20,840 nt of DNA from a virus (lineage: Duplodnaviria > Heunggongvirae > Uroviricota > Caudoviricetes). Location: the IMG/VR virus record IMGVR_UViG_3300043449_002776, one strand, 5' to 3'. The position numbers and the translations under genes are program-made. The notes below the pieces were generated by a model that worked only from the letters and a program-made list of their open reading frames with translations, was not told the origin of the DNA and ran no database searches. Positions 17,983 through 20,840 of the stretch are shown piece after piece; the stretch's first letter is position 1, and each line of letters opens with the position of its first letter.

Positions 17983-18699
17983 ATGGCACTCAGGAAACAA
18001 AAAACAAATACTAAGCACCAAGGCAGAAAGGAGAATGCAAAACCGTCAAAACCTTCGAAACCTGCTTTTGGTGGGCGTAACTTTCATATTGAGTTTAAAA
18101 ATGAGGCACAAAGCTTAGCATGGGCTGCTTTTCAGCAACATGATGTTTTGTTTCTTGTGGGTCCAGCCGGTACTGGCAAAAGCCATTTGGCCACTGCTTT
18201 TGCAGTTGAACAAATCTTAAGTAGAGAAAGAAGTCGAATTATTTTGACAAGACCGATTGTTGAATCTGGTGAATCATTAGGGTTTTTGCCCGGTGAATTT
18301 GAAGAAAAAGTTCACCCATATATGATGCCACTTTATGATTGCATCGATCAAATGGTTGGACGTGAAGGCCCTTGGCGTGATAGAGTAGATCAATCGATTG
18401 AAGTTGCTCCTATAGCCTATATGCGTGGTCGCACGTTCCATGATGCTGTTTGTATTTTTGACGAGGCTCAAAATGCTTCCATGTTGCAATTAAAGTTATT
18501 TTTAACCCGTTTTGGTGAAAACAGTAAAATCATAATTACTGGAGACCCAACACAAAGTGATATTGGGGGCAAAGTAGCTTTGGTTGAAGTAATTCAAAAG
18601 TTGCGAGGCACTGAAGGCATTGGAATTGTAGAATTCAAAGCTAATTCAATTGTAAGACACAAATTAGTCGGCAAAATCATAGAAAAACTTGATCCTTAA
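17983..18699 (+). CDS. phoH: PhoH family ATPase
   Basis: GPAGTGKS Walker A, LTRPIVESGESLGFLPG, AYMRGRTF, DEAQN, GDPTQSD. The ATG at 17983 follows AAGGAG. Confidence 0.93.
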   Translation: MALRKQKTNTKHQGRKENAKPSKPSKPAFGGRNFHIEFKNEAQSLAWAAFQQHDVLFLVGPAGTGKSHLATAFAVEQILSRERSRIILTRPIVESGESLGFLPGEFEEKVHPYMMPLYDCIDQMVGREGPWRDRVDQSIEVAPIAYMRGRTFHDAVCIFDEAQNASMLQLKLFLTRFGENSKIIITGDPTQSDIGGKVALVEVIQKLRGTEGIGIVEFKANSIVRHKLVGKIIEKLDP

Positions 18700-18724
18700 T
18701 AAGATTGTTCTCAAGGAAAAAATT

Positions 18725-18792
18725 AACATGGTTTTGGGATGATAATCATTTCAAAATGCTGATAAATTTACATTTGTCATAAATACCATGTT
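18725..18792. other. Intergenic three-way-junction (Y-shaped) palindromic element
   Basis: Outer stem AACATGGT/ACCATGTT encloses two hairpins, TTTGGGATGA/TCATTTCAAA and TGATAAAT/ATTTGTCA (G-U pairs allowed). Confidence 0.55.
18779..18785 (+). promoter_or_regulatory. T4-like late promoter box ATAAATA
   Basis: CATAAATA, 33 nt upstream of the ATG at 18819. Confidence 0.55.
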
Positions 18793-18818
18793 GGAAATAT
18801 AGGAGTCAATCTTAAGTA

Positions 18819-20840
18819 ATGTCCGTAGCATTTGATGCAGCATCTGAAAGCCATTCGGGGTCTAGTGGTAGTGTAAACCAGTCATCATTTAACTGGTCGC
18901 ATACGCCTGTTGGCACCCCAAAGGGTGTGCTTGTTTTTACATTTAGCACATCTTCAAGCTCAGATAACGCCACTAGCGTTAGTTACGGTGCGTCTAGTAT
19001 GACCGCAGTAAGCGGCGGTCGTGCGGTAAGTACTGGCGGAACATATGTCGGGGATTGTAAAGCTTGGTTTTTAGGCTCTTCAGTTCCGACAGGCTCTCAA
19101 ACCATCACGGTGAACAGAACTAATAATTCTGACGAGATGTATGCTGTTGCAATAACTTTGACAGCAGGCGGCGACACTTCCGTTCATAATTCTCCCGTCT
19201 TAATTGAAACATCTGGATCAAATCTAGGTTTAGCTGAACAAAGTGTCACGGACGGACAAAGTTCTGGTTCTAATAACAGTTTAAGATTTGCTGCAATCAA
19301 CTGTTCTGCTGAAACAGTGACAACAACCTACAATGGATTTTCTTTAGGTGATGAAGTATCGGTTGGATCGAATTCAACTCATGTTCATAGTATAGACTTT
19401 AGTGGCTATGCTAATATGGTTGTAAGGGAAACAAATGCAGGCATAGGATCAAGAAGCATAGGTTTCGATTATAGCGAAGCTTCATTAGATGTAGAAAGCT
19501 TAGCAGCAGTTCATTTAGCTGTTAAAGAAGTTATCCCGAGTAGCACAACTTACAACGAGACAACTTCCGGTGGATCAGTTGTTTCAGGTGCATCAGTCTA
19601 CTCGTCTTCTTTTTTACAAACTGCATCAGGTGGAGCATCGCTTAATGGGACTTTGAATCTTGCTTTTATAAACGCCATTACAATGTATGGCGGAGTTTCA
19701 AGTAGCGGCACAATTGTAATAACCACCAATCAAACTGCCGATTCTGAAGGTGGAGCAGCTATCGGTGGTGCTGCAATTGTTAGTGGCTCTATGGAGTACA
19801 TGGAAGGTGGAATCACTGTAAGTGGAGAAGCCTCTATTTCGACTTCTTTGGAAGCTTCTACTGATGGAGGGATTGTTTTATCGGGAGAAAACTCAAACAC
19901 AATTATTTGTTATGAATTGATGTCAGGAGGCTGTCAGTTATCTGGTATTGCATCAAGTGATTCTAGCTTTTATATGGATGGCGGCATCACATTAGGCTCT
20001 GTAGCTGAAGTGACCTTTACACAAACTATAGCGGTTTCTGGTGGTGTAAATGCAGCACCAGATAAAACTGTAACCTATAATTATAATCCAGTCATTTTAT
20101 CAAGTGGAGTGTTTGGTTCTGGTGTTGGATTTGTGCAACAAATCATCGTGATGAGCGGGGGCTCAAGTGTTAGTGGTGGAATTGAACTAAGCACAGGTTT
20201 TAGTCCCTCAGGTGGATCTCAAGTCGCAGGTGTTGCCGAAAATACCGCTTCTTTGAATGAGCCTCGCTTCAATGAAGTTACTAAGGGTGCTTTAGGATTA
20301 GGTATTGCTAGTCATTCACAACAGCGTATTATTCCACAATATTTAGCAGAAGGAAGCATTACTATTGAAGGTAGTTCCGATGCTGGAATTAAATCAATAG
20401 CATACACGGCTTCTGGTGGCATTTCATTAGAAGATACAGAACCTGTAAAAGCTAATTTTGTATTTAACAGTGATACTGCATTCAAATGGAAACTAAATGC
20501 ATATGTCATTAAAGACACTGTGTTCTTGTGGAATCTGGGTCAACTTACCATGTTTTGGTATCGTGTCGTTGGTAAAGGCACCCAAGATCCATGTTTGCCT
20601 CAAGATCCTTGTTGTCAAAAATTTATTTTAAATGTTCACGCTAGATCTTTAAGCGAATTGTGTCAAAAACTAAGTCAAAGACGATATAAGTTTCCAATTG
20701 ATTTTGTTCAGAGATTTTCAAGACCTGCTGAAAACACAGTAGTTGCCTCAGATGAAGCCTCGGGCATCAATCATGATTGCAATAATTTGATTGATGTTGA
20801 GGTTTGTAACATTCCTGAATGTGCCGATTTCTGTGTAGAT
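18819..20840 (+). CDS. Large Ser/Gly/Thr-rich repeat protein, probably a tail-fibre-like virion protein; 3'-truncated and missing from the supplied ORF track
   Basis: Hand translation from the ATG at 18819 (MSVAFDAASESHSGSSGSVNQSSFNWSHTPVGTPKGV...) gives 674 codons with no stop before the window end (...NIPECADFCVD). An AGGAG SD and an ATAAATA box lie upstream. Confidence 0.85.
   Translation, partial: MSVAFDAASESHSGSSGSVNQSSFNWSHTPVGTPKGVLVFTFSTSSSSDNATSVSYGASSMTAVSGGRAVSTGGTYVGDCKAWFLGSSVPTGSQTITVNRTNNSDEMYAVAITLTAGGDTSVHNSPVLIETSGSNLGLAEQSVTDGQSSGSNNSLRFAAINCSAETVTTTYNGFSLGDEVSVGSNSTHVHSIDFSGYANMVVRETNAGIGSRSIGFDYSEASLDVESLAAVHLAVKEVIPSSTTYNETTSGGSVVSGASVYSSSFLQTASGGASLNGTLNLAFINAITMYGGVSSSGTIVITTNQTADSEGGAAIGGAAIVSGSMEYMEGGITVSGEASISTSLEASTDGGIVLSGENSNTIICYELMSGGCQLSGIASSDSSFYMDGGITLGSVAEVTFTQTIAVSGGVNAAPDKTVTYNYNPVILSSGVFGSGVGFVQQIIVMSGGSSVSGGIELSTGFSPSGGSQVAGVAENTASLNEPRFNEVTKGALGLGIASHSQQRIIPQYLAEGSITIEGSSDAGIKSIAYTASGGISLEDTEPVKANFVFNSDTAFKWKLNAYVIKDTVFLWNLGQLTMFWYRVVGKGTQDPCLPQDPCCQKFILNVHARSLSELCQKLSQRRYKFPIDFVQRFSRPAENTVVASDEASGINHDCNNLIDVEVCNIPECADFCVD
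19560..20432 (+). repeat. About 13-15 degenerate ~18-20-aa protein repeats with an x-x-[SED]-G-G-x-x-[LVI]-[SG]-G core
   Basis: TTSGGSVVSG, TASGGASLNG, TMYGGVSSSG, DSEGGAAIGG, YMEGGITVSG, STDGGIVLSG, LMSGGCQLSG, YMDGGITLGS, AVSGGVNAAP, VMSGGSSVSG, SPSGGSQVAG, TASGGISLED. Confidence 0.75.

Noticed and set aside
17870-18118. 82-aa + strand ORF overlapping the terminator and phoH, and the track's extended phoH start at 17905
   Set aside because: It runs through the terminator stem and is out of frame with phoH; the AAGGAG-ATG at 17983 is the credible start.
18788-18802. Mini-ORF ATG TTG GAA ATA TAG (MLEI) just after the late box
   Set aside because: The ATG is only 2 nt from the box, so it would lie upstream of a T4-type start site; four codons give no evidence of function.

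Overview
This is a gene-dense, AT-rich fragment that reads as part of a large T4-like (jumbo/'huge') tailed phage genome in the standard genetic code. The viral origin is an inference from gene content; no capsid, terminase or polymerase gene is in the window. The + strand carries host-takeover and auxiliary genes: dCMP deaminase, a TPP-dependent alpha-keto-acid decarboxylase, translation initiation factor IF3, an NDP-sugar epimerase, a GNAT acetyltransferase, GT2 glycosyltransferases, a full-length DnaJ, a degenerate dUTPase fold and PhoH. These are interleaved with probable late/virion genes, mostly on the - strand, that are preceded by a T4-late-promoter-like (A/C)TAAATA box. The ORF track misses a >674-codon Ser/Gly-rich repeat protein that starts at 18819 and runs off the window. 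Four observations stand out. (1) A roughly 460-nt non-coding segment (17462-17924) is bracketed by a sigma70-like promoter and an intrinsic terminator and is packed with nested stems, making it a candidate large structured ncRNA. (2) The IF3 has substitutions at the residues that inspect the initiator tRNA, and two late genes have a promoter-to-ATG spacing that predicts leaderless mRNAs. (3) Two proteins carry T4-type capsid-targeting N-termini, and one of them is a lethal-factor-like zinc protease that could be packaged and injected. (4) There is a pseudo-dUTPase and a tandem EF-hand protein. All family assignments and base-pairings were made by eye; no database search or folding program was run.
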